Assembly: GCA_051362555.1 (NCBI GenBank) | Contig: CM120644.1 | Span: 7,386,954-7,450,953 of the forward strand | Length of the DNA stretch: 64,000 nucleotides | Source: Lingula anatina | Taxonomy: Eukaryota; Animalia; Brachiopoda | Direction of reading: 5' to 3' | Shown here: one piece after another, positions 14,276 to 27,995 of the stretch | Numbering within the stretch: the stretch's first letter is position 1 | Layout of the letters: every line of letters starts with the position of its first letter | Made by a program: the position numbers and the translations under genes | The notes under the pieces: generated by a model | Databases searched by the model: none | Seen by the model: only the letters and a program-made list of their open reading frames with translations | What the model was told of the DNA's origin: nothing

Positions 14276-15304
14276 TAGGTGACCACTCATGACCACGCAT
14301 TAAGGACGATATTGACACACACGAGTACGTGTGAGGTGGATAACTGCTGGGTGCATGTAGACTGTCTGATGATGTCACTGAATCTCATTCAGGTTTGGTT
14401 TAATTGCCTATACTGTCATTGTGAGGTTTTATAAAAGGATGATAATTTTATTGTAAAAATTAAAAAGAATTACTTGTACATTAAGTGCCACTAGAAGGTT
14501 TTTTTAATAACCCTTATAGGAGCGAATTTATTGATCTGAGATAATAAGGAGTTTGTTTGCAACAACATATGCGACATGACAAGACTTACTGAGGGAATTG
14601 CTCCCTGCAGGATTGTGGAAGTGAATTAGACCTACAAAGGGGAAAACTAAACAAATTATTATCCCACTCAAGGTGCGTGACTTGTTTATGAATGGTATCA
14701 GTTGTCTAACTGTACGTGTGACTTGATGCAATACTCCCTTGTTCAATTAAGACTGTTATGAAAATATCACCGTTCATTGTCTGAGCACTGGCATTTCAGA
14801 CAGTATTGTAGATATACATATATTATCATTTACGTAACCAGTTTTGTATGTATGTACTTTTGTTTAAGGAAGCACTGTTGTTAAATACATATCAGTGACG
14901 ATAAGCCAATTGAAAGTAAACTGAACTTTTAACAAAACATAATAGAATAATTGAAAACTGATGCCACTGAACCTGAAGAATTATTGTCTTTGCAAAGACA
15001 AAACTGTCTGAACTCGAACAAAGCGATGACTTGCTGTACAGTGTACATGTGCTAAATGTACTTGTGACAATTAAGAAACATTGTTTAAGATGTGACGCCA
15101 TTCAGTCAGTCAAGTGTGGTCGCACTGCACCAAGACGTATTAAATATTTACCAGGAAAGAAAACAGGATATGGTTTTTAGGATCTTGTTTCCTGCCTACG
15201 TGTCTTCATTGTATAAACCTCACCTATCCGTCATTGATGAGAAATTTTTAAGTTTCGCAGGAAACAGGAAACAAGCAAGACTACCCTGAAAAGATAACAA
15301 TTTA

Positions 15305-15454
15305 CTGGCCCGTAACCAGAGTGGGTGTTGTATGAACCGGCCTTTTTAATTGTCAGGATAAGAACCCCACCGGGTAAAATTTGATCTATGTAAAAGATCC
15401 ACTTTTTCAGAAACACCCCCCCCCCCCCTTTTGAAATTGCTGGCTACAGGCCTG
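15305..15454. mobile_element. Diverged copy of the ~170-bp CAGGCCCGTAGCCAG-TIR MITE
   Basis: Ends gaaattgctggctacaggcctg; shares the tccactttttcagaaa core. Confidence 0.8.
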
Positions 15455-16826
15455 GTTCAGTACAATGTCCTTATTAGCAGTAGCTGACACGTACTGCAGA
15501 TTTGTATTTATAGTTGACAACTGATGCTATATATGAACCCAAAGAACTGTTGCTTTAATTAAGATAAAAATGCCTGAACCCAAACAAAACATATACAGGT
15601 GTTGATGATAATTCTGTTAGATGAAAACGTATCGACAGATACTATATAAAACAAGCTAGCACAATATATGCCATTGATTTGAAAGTACATGTAAGCTAAA
15701 TGAATGTAACACGAAGCATTCTAAATGTAGAATTAAGATACCTGTATTTATCCATACGGAATGACAGATCACTGCTGTCACTGAATTAAATTGTTGTCAT
15801 TTTAAGGCTAATCATGAAGTAAAGCAGCAATTAACTGATGTCACCTCCCAATGGTTTGTATGTCATAGGCAACAACTGGGAATTGAATGTGTTATTGTAA
15901 GTGTAGACAGTGCTAATTCATATCTCGTAGAATAACAGTGGATGAATATCAATGAACTCAGCAGTTGCTGTACAGAATATATATCTTGCTCTTCTGTATG
16001 TGGTTCAGCCTGTTGTGCTGGACTTAAAGGGAAACACTTGGGTTTCACAGAGCTGAAGTAAATATTCAAGGAACTTGTAGGCAGTTTTTTTCAATATCTT
16101 GTGAAGAACACAATAATGTGTCAATGTGTAATGGTTGAAGAGTGGTAACACTCAAGTCTAGCTCTTCAAGTACATGTCTAACAGAGAAGTAAAGTTAATG
16201 AACTTGAGCAGTTGCCTCGTTATCTAGTCATTAGTGTAATGCACAGTGTCAATGATACTCCCTAATAAAATTATTGTAAGGTCAGTTTTGTTGAAAACAG
16301 GATGAAGCTACTCTTATATTAACAGTTAGAGAACTGAAGTCGATGAACTGACACAGTTGTCTTTATTAAGTGTAACAGAGCCAGTGACCCTTGAATATGA
16401 GATTGAATATAAATATGTGTTGCAACCATAGAGATTAACACTTTTGGACACTTGACCAGGGTGGACGCTGCTTGGACACACTTATCTGTTGTCCAGCTTT
16501 CTTTCCAAAGTATATGGTGTTTTTATCACCACTGTGCTTTATTCTCTGCCATAAACTGCTGTCAGCTCAGTGAATGGTCTGATGGGATCATAACAAGTTT
16601 AAAGCAATCGCCATCACTTGGACAAAATCAGTTGGAGCTCTCACCGTTATTAATTTCGTTTTAAGAACTGCAGATTAATTGCACAACTGTGCTCATTGAG
16701 TTGTGTGAAAACAATACTGAGTGTCCAGCTACGAAACAATTGCGGAGTTGATGACCATTAGATAAAAATCATCAAATGAATACTAGTTGCTTAAACAGAC
16801 TCTGAGGATAAAGCTGACTCCTGACT

Positions 16827-16867
16827 ATGCTGTTTGATGCCAGGGATATTGCAGTGTTAACTCTAAG
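16827..16867 (+). CDS. Candidate third alternative first exon 1c (MLFDARDIAVLTL-R)
   Basis: actATG; open to AG|GTAATG phase-2 donor; lacks the W..LDK motif, so weaker. Confidence 0.4.
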
Positions 16868-16924
16868 GTAATGAGACAAAGGATCAGTGTGAAAGTTTTC
16901 AAAGTTTGTGGGAAATGTGTAAGA

Positions 16925-17530
16925 GGTGACACTGTGTTGGATGTGACATTTTGTGTGAAGATTTGGTGGGAAATATGGAGCTTTTATTTATTTTTATTAT
17001 TATTATTATTTTTTTTTTTTTGTTATGTAGTATATTTGATGTGACATACTTTTGGGTGGGGCCGTGTTAGATGTGACACTGTGTTGGATGTGACATTGTT
17101 GAATGTGATACTGTGTTAGATGTGACACTGTGTTGGGTGTGACATTGTTGAATGTGATAATGTGTTAGATGTGACACTGTGTTGGATGTGACATTGTTGA
17201 ATGTGATACTGTATTAGATGTGACACTGTGTTGGATGTGACATTGTTGATTGTTGTACTGTGTTAGATGTGATACTGTGTTGGATGTGACATTGTTGAAT
17301 GTTGTACTGTGTTAGATGTGACACTGTGTTGGATGTGACATTGTTGAATGTGATACTGTATTATATGTGACACTGTGTTGGATGTGACATTGTTGATTGT
17401 TGTACTGTGTTAGATGTGATACTGTGTTGGATGTGACATTGTTGAATGTTGTACTGTGTTGGATGTGACATTGTTGAATGTTGTACTGTGTTAGATGTGA
17501 CACTGTGTTGGATGTGACATTGTTGAGTCT
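16925..17530 (-). repeat. Minisatellite, ~49-bp higher-order unit built from 17/15/17-bp subunits (gtgttagatgtgacact)
   Basis: About ten higher-order units between 17060 and 17525; reverse complement of the dispersed 17-nt cacacctaacacattgt repeat. Confidence 0.92.
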
Positions 17531-18076
17531 AACTGCAGTTGGATCGATCTATGTAGAATGATAGTTTTATTGGGAATTAACCCTATATATATATGGATAA
17601 TTCTCCAGCTACAAAGTTAATTAAGCCAAATAGACCTTAGCTGATAATCAAAGTTTATATTTCTTTGAAGTTAGATAATCAGGAATAGAGGCATAAGCTT
17701 TCGGAAATTGATTTTGCCAATTAGGTGGTATTCCATTTAATGTGATTAACCCACTGTATTGATTATGTTCAGTATATATTTAGCTTTTTTTTCTTTTGTA
17801 AGATTAGAATATATATTTTCAAGTTATTATATTTTAATATAGTGTATGCTGACAACAAGAACCACTTTATACAGCTGATTTATAATGTGAATAATGCCAG
17901 TTGTTGTTAGACTTCTTCAGATTAGAAAGAATTTTAGGCATGTTTATTACTAGTGCATCAAAATAAACTTGAACATTTACTAAAGCAGCTCAGGTTTCAT
18001 ATAGCAACATACACTCATCTCTATGTAAATGCATGTTTGTCTGTATAGGTGAACATGCATGTTTGCATATGCATGT

Positions 18077-18080
<4 letters not shown>

Positions 18081-18120
<40 letters not shown>

Positions 18121-18140
18121 GTGTGTGTGTGTGTGTGTGA
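18081..18140. repeat. Compound (CT)n(GT)n microsatellite; another at ~57680-57775
   Basis: Direct inspection. Confidence 0.95.
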
Positions 18141-19169
18141 GTGCTTGGCTGTTTGGGTGAACATGTGTTTGCATGCAGACTATGTGTGCATACAGTGTGT
18201 GTGTATGTGTGTGTGCATATATGCACAAAATTGCTGGTACATGTTCACACCAGATCTAACTTAGACTTAGCAAGTAATGCCTATGTACTTCCTTTTACAG
18301 TCTTAGTCTTGATATCAATGCAGCATATGTAGAGCGAATTGCCAGTAAAATAGGAATTAGGAAATTGCTTATTTATAAATTAAATTTAATATTCCTTCCT
18401 GTAAGACTGAGTTTTGAACAATATGAAACGAGTAATTTCTACATGCCTATGGGAGTCAGTCATAGCTGGGATGGAAAAATGCCAGCATATTTATATATCA
18501 GAGGTTGTATGAAATATTTAGTCTTTAATAATGCATTATTAATTGCAAGTAATAGTGTTTATCATGAAATTTTCAAGTATTTTTTCTCAGTGCTTTCTGT
18601 ACAATTAAATTAGAAAAACCCAAGCAATTTTGCCATCCCTGTCCTCTTTTTTGTACATAGCAAAATTGTTTTACATTTATGGAGCGTAGCAATTTTTTAT
18701 CACTGTGCTCCCCCAGCTTAATTATGGTAGATTCCAGGACCCACCACACAGTTTTATATTCGTGTCAAAAAAAAAAAAAAATGTCTGTGGGTAGAAACAG
18801 CACACATCATCACTGTGCCTTGATTCTCTTTCAACAAGAACATTTAAGCAAAGAATATGTCATAAGAAATAATTTTAATTACACCCAAAACACCAGAGGC
18901 ATTTGGTGACAGGGTACTATATAGATACAATATGCTGGTAGATATAAATACTGCTTTTTATATAATAATAAAGTAAAGCCCAGTAAGAGATAAAGGTGCC
19001 TGGGAAAGGGGGCATTATGGGTAATAAAGCCGCAAGTACTCTAAATAAAGCTAGGGTTACGTAACAGCGAAGATAGATGAGACTTTATTATCACATAGAA
19101 CACATCTGCACACAATCCCTGGATCTCACCTAACACAATGTATGATGGCTCTTGTTGCTATGGTTGCAG

Positions 19170-19312
19170 GCCATGTGATCGCTCAGGCCAGGACCTGGAT
19201 GCTATCTACTCCAGGCTCAAGGATGTGAGGGCTTTTGAAAAATTCCACCCCATGTTGCTACAACAGATCTGTTACTATGGTTACTATGAAGATCTAGATC
19301 CTGGGATTATAT
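19170..19312 (+). CDS. RAPGEF4: Epac2 exon 2 ([48 protein letters not shown]), CNB-A start
   Basis: Strong similarity to Epac2 [22 protein letters not shown]/GT sites, phase 2/1. Confidence 0.96.
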
Positions 19313-20707
19313 GTGAGTACATATACTGATTGTTATGAGGGTTATATATATATATATATGCATTAAACATTGCATATGTATGTAATTTATTGATTTATTT
19401 TTTCAAGTTAGTTATTTGTTTTTTTTTTAATCATAATAATATTGTTTTTATTTTCCAAAACATGAAGTTTCCAATTGGTTTGACAAGTTTTTTTTTTTTT
19501 GCTTGCTGCATGCTTTGCTTCAATAAGTAATGGTGACATATGCTTTTATAGCATTTGGGAATTTGTTTCAGAATTTGTCTAACCTTTGGGTGTCAGATAA
19601 AAATAAATAAGCATAGAGGAGAAAATGAAATAACAAATGCCAATACAAAGCATTTGTCTACCATTGTTGCAGCAGTGGAGTTATTGTTTGGGTTTATGCC
19701 TAATAAGAAAAAATTACAGTAGACTTCTTAGATAAACAAAACGCACATTTTCCCTGACCCTGTAAGTTTAGATTTTACATTCATCGATCAAGAAGTAAGC
19801 AACAAGAGTCTTGTATTTCTAAATAGCTTTATTCCCACTGCCTAAGTGCTTAATCTACCTACCACCAGTCCAATTTTTATCCAGCTCTACCTTACATGTC
19901 TTATTAAAATATTACCTATAAATTTAACATATTGTCTAGTCTCATGACACAAGCGTCATGAGAGGTGCATGTCATGTTTGGGGGGCGAGGGATACGCTAA
20001 GGGGCGCCACCACATCCCTTACAACCCATTTAGCATATTATCTTTATTGAAGCAATTTTGGAAATACTATTAACTGTGGGGAGCAATGACAGCAAAAATC
20101 AGGGAAACCACAAAGGAGGAATGTGTTTGAGAAACTGAAATTTTTTTTTCGATGTATGCAAGCATGCATCCATTACCTAGGAAGCCATTTGGAGCATATT
20201 TTTAAAAAGAACGTAACTTTTGTGCAAAGAGACCAAGATAACTGAAACTTTGGGAAATGATCATACACATAATGAAATTTAAGACCAGCAAATTTCTTGA
20301 AATTTGATGGACCTTTGCAGGATTTACAAAATTTTTATGTTTTCTTTATTTTTGGACACCCTGTATATTACCACCTTTAAAAAGTACCTGCATTGACAAA
20401 GCTCTTATGAATAATTAACCAGTGAAGAAAAATATAGGGGTTCATATTGGGAGTTCTGCAATGAAGTAAAGCTTTTCATATGACGGTTTTAAGCTTATTT
20501 GATGAATTAAGGTAGGTCTACAGACTATTGTGTATGTGAACATATCTTGATGTAGTTTCATGTGGTATTATCTTTTATTTTAATATTTTTGGAATGAGTC
20601 ATTGCATGAAAAAAGTGACTTTCTTTGTCACTTCATTGATGCCCCCATTTTGGTGATATTTGGACAATTTTGACTTGTCTCACTATTTATTTATGTATTT
20701 ATTTATT

Positions 20708-20743
<36 letters not shown>

Positions 20744-20925
20744 TGCACTGTGGTATTTACTGTAGTATCTTCCAATATGAAAAGAAATCACCAGCAAATA
20801 AAAAGTGATATAAAACAGTTCTACAAATATTACGAGAAGCATACTGATGTGATTTTTTTTTGTGGAATGAACCTGATGATTTTGGTAATATTATATTAAT
20901 ATTTTCTAAAATTCTCCTTATCCAG

Positions 20926-21014
20926 TGTTCAGGCAGGGGGATATTGGCACAAACTGGTATGCTGTCTTAACAGGAAGTTTGGAAGTCAGAATCTCAGAGA
21001 CAGGAAATCAGAAG
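20926..21014 (+). CDS. RAPGEF4: Epac2 exon 3 ([30 protein letters not shown])
   Basis: Near identity to Epac2 CNB-A; tccAG / GTTTGT, phase 1/0. Confidence 0.96.
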
Positions 21015-21520
21015 GTTTGTGACATAGCAACATGTAAAATATTAAGCATAGTTCTCAAATAATGAACTCTGACTTGCTTGAATGGATGTGTAATATAAAA
21101 AAAATATGTACAAATTTAGACTGATTGCATCATGTACATTTATGCATGTAATAGAGAGAAGTTACTTAATTGATCAATTTATTATTATCATCATCATCAT
21201 TATTATTATTATTATTATTATTATTTTGCTCCTTTTATCATGCAAGTAGTTAAATATATGCTTTCATAATGTCTTTGATGAAAATTAATATATCATCAGT
21301 AATTGTGTTAGATGTGAAAATCTAGAATGTGCTGGGATGTGATCCTGTGACTTGACATTGTGCTGTGTGCAATATGAGAGAGAAAAGGATGGGAGCATTA
21401 TTGACCAGTAGTTTATGCCCTTTTTACATCAAGTGGCGTTGTATTCTGCATTACACTAGTATGACTAACCCTAACATGTTATTACTACATTTTCTCCTAA
21501 CTACCAATCAAAATTAATTG

Positions 21521-21680
21521 GGGCAAAGAACCTGCCTTTTTGCTGGGAAAAGTTCCACTCTGGGTAAATTTTTTGTCTAGGTTTCATGGTAAAATTTTAT
21601 TAAGGTTTCATGGTGAAAGGTTCACTTTTTCGGAAAAAGACCCCCCCCCCCCCCTTTTGAAATTTCTGGCTATGGGCCTG
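21521..21680. mobile_element. Left-truncated copy of the CAGGCCCGTAGCCAG-TIR MITE
   Basis: Ends ctggctatgggcctg; internal ~20-bp duplication. Confidence 0.8.
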
Positions 21681-21965
21681 CTGTATTATGCAATAGCCAA
21701 GCTATTGTGTTGTCTCAGACTGGTTAGATACAGAAAACTGCACTGTTTGCTCAACATGAAATGAGAATAAGATGTCACATGTTAGTTGAGATGCTACTTA
21801 GTTATGAATGTTATGGTGCAAGATTGTTAACTATTTGAGCTATTGCTGACTGCATTAGCTGAAATATATTAATGGTGTTTAAAGGAAATTGATACATGCT
21901 TTCTAATAAATGGCATTGTGTTAATTATGGTGTGGTGTTAGTTGTGATTTGGCATAGTTCTGTTA

Positions 21966-22140
21966 GGCCTCATTCAGAATAGGGGACTAACTAGTTCGAG
22001 GGTCAAATATGGCGACCCACTACAAGACTTGCCATCTAATCCACTAATAAACATTGTATATATATCCGATGGGGAAGTATTGAAGTGGGTCGGCCATATT
22101 TGGCCCTCGGTCTACTTAGGGCCCTATTCTGAATGAGGCC
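21966..22140. mobile_element. ~175-bp MITE with TIR GGCCTCATTCAGAATAGGG (PIF/Harbinger-like)
   Basis: Inverted termini and internal inverted segments; second copy at 32816-32996; TA/TWA-like flanks. Confidence 0.85.
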
Positions 22141-22219
22141 ATAGATGTATTGTGTATTCTGTTTGAAAAGATTTGACAGTATACTAAAACAGAGTTGACA
22201 GTGTTTTGACACGTTCCAG

Positions 22220-22366
22220 GATGAAGTCACATTATGCACCTTAATGGCTGGGACAGCCTTTGGCGAGTCCATTTTGAACAACACCCCCCGCCATGCCACT
22301 GTGGTAACGGCAGAGTTATGTGAACTGTTACGAGTTGAACAGAAGGATTTTAAGGTGTTGTGGGAG
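22220..22366 (+). CDS. RAPGEF4: Epac2 exon 4 (DEVTLCTLMAGTAFGESILNNTPRHATVV...KDFKVLWE), CNB-A phosphate-binding cassette
   Basis: Matches GTAFGESILDNTPRHAT; ttccAG / GTAAGA, phase 0/0. Confidence 0.97.
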
Positions 22367-23987
22367 GTAAGAGAAGAAGTATGCTGTAAAATAATATGCC
22401 ATTCATTTAAAGAGGGACTTCTTGTATTGGGAAAGAATAGGCTAACTGATAGCTCTATTGTGTACAAAAAAAGTATCACAAATGCTACACAGAAATATGT
22501 TTTAAATTATTTTAAAATTATGTTTCTGAAACATTGATATTTTTCCCCATTGAGGAGATTGAGTCATTGCTGCAGATTTTGTTAAATAATCCAGGATGGG
22601 ATACCTTTGACAAAAAATGAATATGAACATAGAGACAGACTACTGGCTCATTGCAATTTACACACCTTGATGAAGAAAAGTGTTTGCTATACCAGTAAGT
22701 TGACCTTCAAAACAGAATAATACTTTTATGCCACACCTTTATAATGCACTTCTAACATATAAGGGTGAATGGACTCCTTTGAACGTAACTCGAGTTAGCC
22801 CCTGTATTTTTTTATATTGATTTTTCATCACCTTTTAAGTCCTCAATTTTTTCCAGTTTACTATGATCGCGCTACCAAAGTGAACATTCCATGTGCTTCA
22901 GAATAATCATTGTGCTTCCTATTGACTTAGTTTTCTCCACTTTCACTGAATGTGATTGATGAGGAGAGGAGGAGGATAACACTGCTGAAACATGCCTCTT
23001 TTCCAATCATGCTAAGACAGCTTAACTTAACAGATCTGTATATATATATATGCTGTACTTGAAGTCTGGTTAAAAAGATGCTTGATGTAAAAAGGCATTT
23101 ATTTACAACAGCACCCCCCCCCCACCCACCCACCAATCCATCCACACCATTGTGTAGCTATGTAAAAAGAACCAATCATAATGGGGCTGTAAAGAAAAGT
23201 GTATTTCGTGATGTAAAAAGAGCCTGATAGTATATCAACCCAAACTGATCCACCATCATAGTTTTGATCCGTCATACATATTTTACAATATTTCAACCTC
23301 TCTGTAGTATGTATATAGTGCACTAAGTGACTTGCACAGGAAGGCCAATACTGAACAATACCAGGCAGTCTTGCAGGCAATGAAAGGATAAACGGTTTGG
23401 TTTGAAGATGCTTCCTCCGGGAAATTGAGCTGTCATGGTCTGAAAGAGTGCTCAAGCTTAGCTGATGCATGATGAAAAATGATGTATTATATTACTAAGG
23501 TTTCATCTTTTTAGACAGCTGTTGTCACGTAGTAAAAAGATCCTGAGCTCCAGGATTTTATCGAAGATGGATTTCAAATTAAACTTTTCTTCTGTCGTCA
23601 TTGCACAATCTACTCCTTAGATATCCAATGCAGTTTTACTTATTTTTCACACAGCTGGCTTTAATCAAGAGGGGGTATATTTTTCTTTTAAAAAAGGGTA
23701 AATTTTATATCTAAGCACTCAATCTGAGTAAATTGACCAATGCCCCTTCCGTTTAAGAGTGTGCAAATATGATAGTCATCATAAATAGGTAAAATAGAAA
23801 AAGTCATGTGATTCATTCATAAATTGTTATCAAGTAATCGCGCGAGTAAATTATAGGCTAATTTCTCACATTATTAAATTCTCTAATTTTCACTCTCTGA
23901 ACCCCACCCTGGGGGGGATAAATCACTGGATAAGCCTGAACAAAACTGAGATTTGTCAACTATCAAAACAATTTGATACTTACATTG

Positions 23988-24155
23988 CAGGCCCGTAGTC
24001 AGGGGGGGTTCGGGGGGTTCGAAAGAACTGCCCCTTTTGCTGGGAAAAGGTCCACTCTGGGTAAAGTTTGATCTAGGTACAAGAAGTTTTTATGGGAAAA
24101 GGTCCACTTTTTCAGAAAAAGAACCCCCCTTTTGAAATTGCTGGCTACGGGCCTG
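23988..24155. mobile_element. Intact 168-bp MITE, 15-bp TIR, 5-bp TSD CATTG
   Basis: cattg|CAGGCCCGTAGTCAG...CTGGCTACGGGCCTG|cattg. Confidence 0.92.
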
Positions 24156-25188
24156 CATTGTAAAGGGCAACTACATGAGATTTACCCAACAAGTGTTTAT
24201 TAAAGGTGTTTAAATGTTTTCAAGTTGTATGTAAGGTTTTATAAGAAGCTGTGGATGGCAAAAATAAGCATTTGGGGCATTTTCAAAACCATGGTGGATT
24301 GACAGCTATATGTGCATGTATAGGTATCTGTCAATTGCTGCATCCTTTGTCAGTCAGAATCTGAGCTAAAAAAAAAGGAAGGCTGCCCATAGTTAAATCA
24401 AGGTAGGCTAATGTTGGGAGAGAGTCTCTGTATGTGCAGCCTCACAGTTCACCTGCCAGGGACAGAGAACAATTGAATTTATGGATATAGGCCAGGGGTA
24501 CATGTAGAGAACCATGAGGGAAATAGACCTGATAAAGTCCAAAAAAAAAAAAATAAAAATAAAATAAGGGCATCAGATTTGATTGAAGGGCAGTAAGATA
24601 AAAAGATGATGAGGTTTAGATCTGGGATTTTCCTCCTTCAGATCAAAGAAAGCAGGGCTCTATCTTTTGATCTATTGACCAATTTTGATGAAGATCTCGA
24701 ATGAGGTAAGACTTCGAGCTAGGTTTTGCTGTCTGCATGAGTGCTTAAAAGGGAAAAAAACATATTCAGTTTGGTATTGATTCACTTTGGAAAGACAGTT
24801 GAAGGAGAAATATTATGTCAAAGCATGCATATATATTTTGATTCATCAAGTTGTCACAGTGGTTTTAATCAGAAAAAAAAAATTAAATTGGGCATACTGG
24901 ACACTTTGCCTGTGCTGATAGTCACATGAAAGCAGTGATAATTATCAGTTTTCTGAGGAAGTCTTTAGGGTACCGACAAATTGCACCACAGCTCAATCCA
25001 TCTGTATGTACAGTGTGACTTGATTCAATTTCCAGGATTTCTAAGAATTTTAAATGTTGTAATCTCTTTTGAATATCCTAGAGATAGATGGCCAATTTTG
25101 ATTTTATTTACAATATATATCAGACAGGAGTTGGTTTTGGAATGCTTTCTTTAAAAAGTTTGATAATGTTAATTTTTTATCTTTTCAG

Positions 25189-25249
25189 AGAAATCAGCAA
25201 CTCATGGAAGGAGCTTTCAATCCGGCCATCTCCACACTGCCCCAGCTTG
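25189..25249 (+). CDS. RAPGEF4: Epac2 exon 5 (RNQQLMEGAFNPAISTLPQL)
   Basis: cttttcAG / GTAAGG, phase 0/1; resembles KYRQYMAGLLAP. Confidence 0.85.
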
Positions 25250-25577
25250 GTAAGGATGTGTGTTGTGTTAAAATACTGTCTCAACTAACACAATGTCACA
25301 CTTCTCTGTAATCACTTTCACACACTCTGAAACTATCATTTTCTTATAGCTTGTTAAGGTGTTAGAGCACAAAAAGTCTTCTATTTATCAGTCTTTTTTT
25401 TTTCGTTTTATTTATATATTTACTTAATTATGTCACCATACCTTACCTAGTATCTTCTTTTTGTCTTTTCATAGGAAATAATGTAATGCTTCAGCCTGTC
25501 CCTGACCACTTCTGGTTCTGCACTCCAGCTAAGGCTTATAAAATGATCTGCATCTTTCAAAAAAATATATATTTTAG

Positions 25578-25669
25578 ATACAACTTACCGCAGAGTGGCT
25601 GACCCTCGTAGACGAAGTGTGAAAGAAGGGGAGAATACTTTGACCAATACAGCTACTCCCATTACTTCT
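25578..25669 (+). CDS. RAPGEF4: Epac2 exon 6, linker (DTTYRRVADPRRRSVKEGENTLTNTATPITS)
   Basis: ttttAG / GTGAGT, phase 1/0; ends like Epac2 PANTITK and joins the DEP exon in frame. Confidence 0.82.
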
Positions 25670-27995
25670 GTGAGTTGATTTTTTTTTCTTTTTACTATCA
25701 TTATTTGATCCACTGTCAAGAATTGTGATAAAACATTACAAATATTTGTGAAAGAGCATGTTTCCTGCAGGGCTATCATGTTTTAGCATGGTTAAAAATT
25801 GAGATAGTTTTATTGATAATCCATATAGCCAGGTATGTGATGCATATTGTATTTCAATAACATATTCGTATGCAGGGAAACGTGAAAGGAATATGAGTGT
25901 GTATGTGCATGATAACTATTAAATATCCTCTCTCTCTGTACTTGTTATTTAGATGTTATTTAGAAAGATTGATGGAGTTGAATAAGACATGAATACTATC
26001 ATTAAATTGTTGCAATATCAAAGTTGAAAGATAATTTTATGATGATTGATTATGAAGAAAAAACCCGGACACTGCAGACACAGTGCATGCGCTTAACTGG
26101 CACATTGATATACGACAGAAAGAAAAAGCTTATCATTTATTACATCTCTCAATGTCTCCTGCATAACTAGTTTATTTCTGTAGACCCATGGATGGAGATA
26201 ATACAACTTGATGGGGTTGGTCTCACGATGTCACCACTACCGGAAAATTAGTTCTTTAAATGGGTATGTGTGAGGATCACACAGCATATTGTGTTCACTT
26301 TTGTTTTGGCCACATTATAGATAATTATTATATTAGTTTAATAGTGTTCATGCTGGACTAGCTACCACGTGCACAGAACTTTAGACTGTGCCATGTTGTA
26401 TTTGCATGAAGCAGATCCAGTCTTATTTGAAAGTGGTACTGAGAAATACTGGAATAATTGCCACATTTGAAATTGCTAAGAAAATGCCGTAAAGGTGAAT
26501 GAAGAAGATATAAGCACTAAGTCAGAGGAAAGATCAACCGTGACAGACAGTCTTCAAGAAAAATGATTGTCTTTTGCACACAAATGTGAAATGGATTTTT
26601 TTTTCTTTCACATCAAAGTGAAAGGGATCTGGAGTCACATTGCTGAATGTGTTTTGAGGAGAAAATGATTTTCTTGCACAAAATTACGAGGGATCTAGAA
26701 TCATGCTGCTGATATATCAGTGAGACATTCTTCTAGAAAGTTAGACATTTTGCCTTCAGGAAAGTCTGATTATATTGAAAAGCTAGAAATCTGAGCTGAC
26801 ATTCTTAGGGGAGTTTTCTATTATTTCAGAGATAGACAGGAGTAATGTGGTGTCAAAGCAGCAGCTATTATCTTCAAGAAAAATGATACTTTTGAGGCAG
26901 ATTTAGATTTAATATAATATTTTAGATACACAAGCTACTAAATAGAAAGTATTGAATGATCTTGTTGAAAATGGTGTTAAGAAATTCAGGTTTATTACTA
27001 TTATGAAGAAGGTCTTTATTCAAACTAGATAGGTTCTAATCTGGTTAAAAGTTGGTTCTCATATCGTTTACAGTTGGTTCTGATTCAGTTTAGAGTTGGT
27101 TCTGATAATGTTAAGAGTCCAGGTTTGATAGGCTTATTGGGTTTTGATAGAATTTATGTGGGTTCACAGTTGATTGCAAACAGTCAAGGTTGATTGCTTG
27201 ATCTAAGAGACCCAGTGGCAAACAATCTGAATAATATTTTTTAATGTGATTTTCACCTCTGATTGAGTGTGTACTCTTGAAGGTGACATACATTGCTGGT
27301 CAAGAGGACAAGCAATATCAAAGTCAAACCTTTCATAACCATGCAGGGAATCTATTTCACAGAGAATGCTTAAAGTAACGTACAGCACATAGCTTAATTT
27401 CTTATTATGGCCTTGTTTGCTAAATTTCCATTTGGCAAATGGCACTGGAACAACTATTGCTGATTCAGAACTAATAGGATGGCTTTTTTTGTGAAATAAA
27501 CCCTTGTTTATGAAATTATTGGAAGGGTTCAACTAGGTCTTAATGATGTACCCCTGCAGCAGTAGAGGGGATTTGAACCCTGGATGCTGGTGATTAGCGG
27601 TCTAAAGCTGCATGATTTCATGCATCAGTAAAATGCACAATTTTGTAGAATAGATCTTTAGATCAATATCATCTTATGCATGAGAATTTGTATATCCCCG
27701 GCCATAGGCCTGTCACTTTCACAGACTAGATTATTCTTAAATTCCCTGTTTATTTATGATTCAGTGCTTTGGCGTGATTTGTATTTGGTTGTTCGTTTGA
27801 TTGTGTTAAAACTTCAGGTTTAAATGCCACCATTGTGAAGATTTGACAGCCTATAGCTCTTCTGAGGTCTTGCAAGACAATTTGCTACTTTCAAGCTGAT
27901 AAGTAAACTAAATGAGGATTTGAACTTTACATTTTGCTGTTTGTCTTCCTGAGTGGAATACATGTATTTCATGCACATGACTATCCCTTACGAAA

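Noticed and set aside
16252-16280. MILPNKIIV-R phase-2 mini first exon
   Set aside because: Weak GTCAGT donor, no motif, expected by chance
17312-17503. Repetitive ORF (SHLTQYNIQQCHIQHS...)
   Set aside because: Minisatellite translation with no splice or homology support
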